Positions 60,901 to 64,000 of a DNA stretch of 64,000 bases are shown one piece after another. Each line of letters opens with the position of its first letter. Positions within the stretch are counted from its first letter, which is position 1. This DNA comes from the human T2T-CHM13v2.0 reference genome, Homo sapiens. Position numbers and translations under genes: made by a program. The notes beneath the pieces are model-generated. The model did no database searches and had not been told where the DNA came from. It saw only the letters and a program-made list of their open reading frames with translations. The stretch lies in the NCBI RefSeq assembly GCF_009914755.1, contig NC_060927.1, one strand, 5' to 3'.

Positions 60901-61909
60901 TAATTACAAAAGGATAAATAATAAATACACTTTGGAGAAATTGGACACAGCTTTAACTAAGTGATCTAAATTAATGTCACTAATATGGGGCAAGTGAACA
61001 TCATGGTCCACCAGATTTGATACCCTGAAAAGCATATAACCTTCTTTATGTAGGATTCCAGCCCCAAAAAATAAAAAGTTGAATTTAATATTGAGGAAAT
61101 ACAAGAGAACCCAAATTAAAGGACATTATATAAAACATTTGTCTCATTCTTTAAAAATGTCAATGGAATGAAACCCAAGAAAGACTGAGGAACTGGTCCA
61201 GATTAATAGACTAAAGAGATGTACAACAAAATGTATTGGGCGATACTGTACCAGGAGATCCTTTCCTAGAAAAATATGCTATAAAAGATATTAGGAAAAT
61301 GTACTGTAATAGATTGCAATCTAATATAAATATTAATTGTCATGAATTGATAATTGTACTGTGAATATGGAAGAGAACATTCTTAGTCTTAAGAAATACG
61401 CATGGAAGTGTCATGGGGTAAAGAGGAACAATGTACGTAACCTAGGCTCAAAAGGTTCAGAAAAAAGTTAGCAAATCTATATCTACATCTATAGCTATAT
61501 CTACCTGTCTGATTTATCTGTCCGTTGGTCTATTTGGAAAGAGAGAAAAAGAGAAATGCGCATGCAAAATGAGCAAAACATAGCAAATATGTGAATCTAG
61601 GTAAAGAGAAGTATTTGTATTATTCTTGCAACTTTTGTGTGTTTGAAAGTATTTCAAAATATAAAGCTTTATTGAAAAAGTAGGAGGAGGAAGTTCAGGA
61701 GGATATGCAATCAAAAGTGGCCATAGAAGTTGTTAGCCATGTCAAATGCTAAGGGGGTAAGTAAGGTTTTGGATTTAGATTAGACTTAGCAACAAGAACT
61801 GGTGATCCCAGTTTTAATGGCTTTGTCAAGATGGAAGCCTGATTGTCATGGGTGTGAATGAAGTGGTATGTGGAAATATAGACACCAAATTCCGTAATTT
61901 TAACCTTAA

Positions 61910-62274
<365 letters not shown>

Positions 62275-62749
62275 TATTTGTTTCTTTTTAAATTGGAGAT
62301 ATGTGAGCATTTAAAGATGCTCACATGCTGATAAGGACCCTTCTTTCTCTGGTGAGAGAGAGAAGGAAGAGTTGAAGGCAAATGGCAAGGAAGTAATGAT
62401 TGAGAGAGGGAGAGGTCAAATAGAAAGGAGAGAAGGAATGGAAAGTACAGGAAACATAAAAAGGACAATTGTGAATTCAACTTATTTAGCTGGAAAAATG
62501 GATCTTTTTAAAATATTTAAATATTTAAAATATTTTTTAAAAATATTGAAATGGTATTATTGACATCTTTTGGATTTTCTTAAGAAAAGTCTTTCAATTT
62601 AAGAAATCTTTTGCATTATATTAAAGGAAGTAGTATATTTGAGTAGAGAACATGTTTAAAGCTAAAGGACGTTTCCAAATCTGGCAAAAGCAATGATTTA
62701 TCTTTAATATTGGGATATCTCAAAAAATAAAGAAATATTAATTATAGTC

Positions 62750-63177
62750 TGTGACAGTTAATACTGAGAGTCAATTCAATTGGACTGAAGGATACAAAGT
62801 ATTGATCCTGGGTGTGTCTGTGAAGGTGTTGCCAAAAGAGATTAACATTTGTGTCAGTGGGCTGGGGAAGGCAGATCCACCCTTAAGCTGGTGGGCACAA
62901 TCTAATCAGCTTCCAGCGAATATAAAGCAGGCAGAAAAACATGAAAAAGAGAGATGGACCTAGCTTCCAGCCTACATCTACCTCCCAAGCTGGATGCTTC
63001 CTGCCCTCGAATATAAGACTCCAAGTTCTTCAGTTCTGGGACTCAGACTGGCTCTCCTTACTCCTCAGCTTGCAGACAGCCTATTGTGGGAACTTGTTGG
63101 TTGTGTAAGTTAATAATAAACTTATATATATATATATTCCATTAGTTATGTCCCTCTAGAGAACCCTGACTAATACA
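62750..63177 (+). mobile_element. MLT2A1 5' LTR of HERV-L
   Basis: TG...CA ends, 428 bp; AAGGATACAAAGTATTGATCCTGGGTGTGTCTGTG, AATATAAAGCAGGCAGAAAAAC, CTAGAGAACCCTGACTAATACA. Confidence 0.9.
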
Positions 63178-63182
63178 GATTT

Positions 63183-63200
63183 TGGCACCAGGAGTGGGGT
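63183..63200 (+). other. Primer binding site complementary to tRNA-Leu 3' end
   Basis: TGGCACCAGGAGTGGGGT just after the LTR; one mismatch to the recalled complement of tRNA-Leu(UAA), TGGTACCAGGAGTGGGGT. Confidence 0.85.
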
Positions 63201-63245
63201 CTAGAGGAACATGACATTAAGGATGGAGTTATTTTGTTGGTTTTG

Positions 63246-64000
63246 CGGTTTCTGGAGTTGCTACTTAATATGATTAGACCCCAAAATGGTAAGGACTCTA
63301 CTTCTAATAGTACGGAGAACACTGATCATCCTTGGTGGAAACCGTTTAGAGAGTTATGCAAAATTAATGCATTTGACGCTCCTGATTCACCACTCGTGAG
63401 AGGCAAGGGGTTTAGTGACTCTATACATAATATCTTTGACCATATGTGGAAAACCAAGGAACATAATGAAGCTGGTTGGTTGCTCTTAAATTCAGTGGAC
63501 AAAGTGATGAAAGAAAATAATGAAATCAGGGATTCTGTCTCTCCTGGTTTCAGAAGCAGATACTGAGCCTCAAATCTGCTAGAATTTCCCTGAGTGAGTC
63601 TTATCTCCTGTAGAGAAAGAGCTGCAATTGTGGAAAAACAGACACAAATTTTTATCATGCAAGTGGCTGACCTGCAATGAAAGGTGCATGCACAGCCTTG
63701 CCAGGTGTCTACTGTTAAAGTGAGAGCATTTATTGGAAAAGAATAGGACCCTGCAACTTGGAATGGGAATGTGTGTGTGTGTGTGGGAGGACCCCGATGA
63801 AGATGGGGACACTGAGTTTGTGAACTCGGATGAACCTTTTTTTTTTTTGTCAGAATGAACAGCTTCCCCATCCCCAGTAGTGGCAACATCTTCTACCTGA
63901 CCCATGCTGCCATCACCCTTTCCACCTGTGTCTGAAGAGATAAACCCTGAGCTGCCTGGGTTTATCAACAGTGATGGCCTCCCCAGAGGCAGTTGCCAGG
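63246..64000 (+). pseudogene. gag: Disrupted HERV-L gag
   Basis: LLNMIRPQNGKDSTSNSTENTDHPW...AGWLLLNSVDKVMKEN; frameshift near 63540; later VKVRAFIGKE*DPATWNG with in-frame stops. Confidence 0.85.

Larger units (their letters stand above)
63178..64000 (+). mobile_element. HERV-L internal region (continues beyond window)
   Basis: Follows the LTR directly; contains the PBS and gag start. Confidence 0.92.

Overview
Primate (human-like) AT-rich genomic DNA, gene-poor and probably intronic or intergenic. I found no CpG island, no RNA gene and no cellular coding exon I can recognise. Roughly half the window is transposon-derived. It holds a full-length but inactivated L1PA7-type LINE-1 (50085-56859, minus strand, perfect 15-bp TSD, interrupted by an Alu), a 5'-truncated L1PA4-6 (25939-28264), older L1M pieces, eleven Alus, many L2/MIR relics, MaLR/ERVL LTRs, hAT and Tigger DNA transposons, and the 5' LTR (MLT2A1), PBS and gag start of a HERV-L provirus running off the right edge. 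The longest ORFs in the track are L1/HERV-L remnants or translations of microsatellites and Alus. Best second-look items: a 41-bp-arm near-perfect hairpin in unique DNA (30834-30927); a repeat-free block at 3.2-5.8 kb with four identical TTTGCACCTG motifs and PBX-HOX/MEIS pairs; three- and four-level nested insertions; a frame-preserving triplication scar in L1 ORF2; a copy-specific CTCF core in the L1 5'UTR; and a 450-bp polypurine/polypyrimidine Alu tail. Subfamily calls come from remembered consensus sequences, not a database search. I see no convincing evidence of a new multi-gene system.
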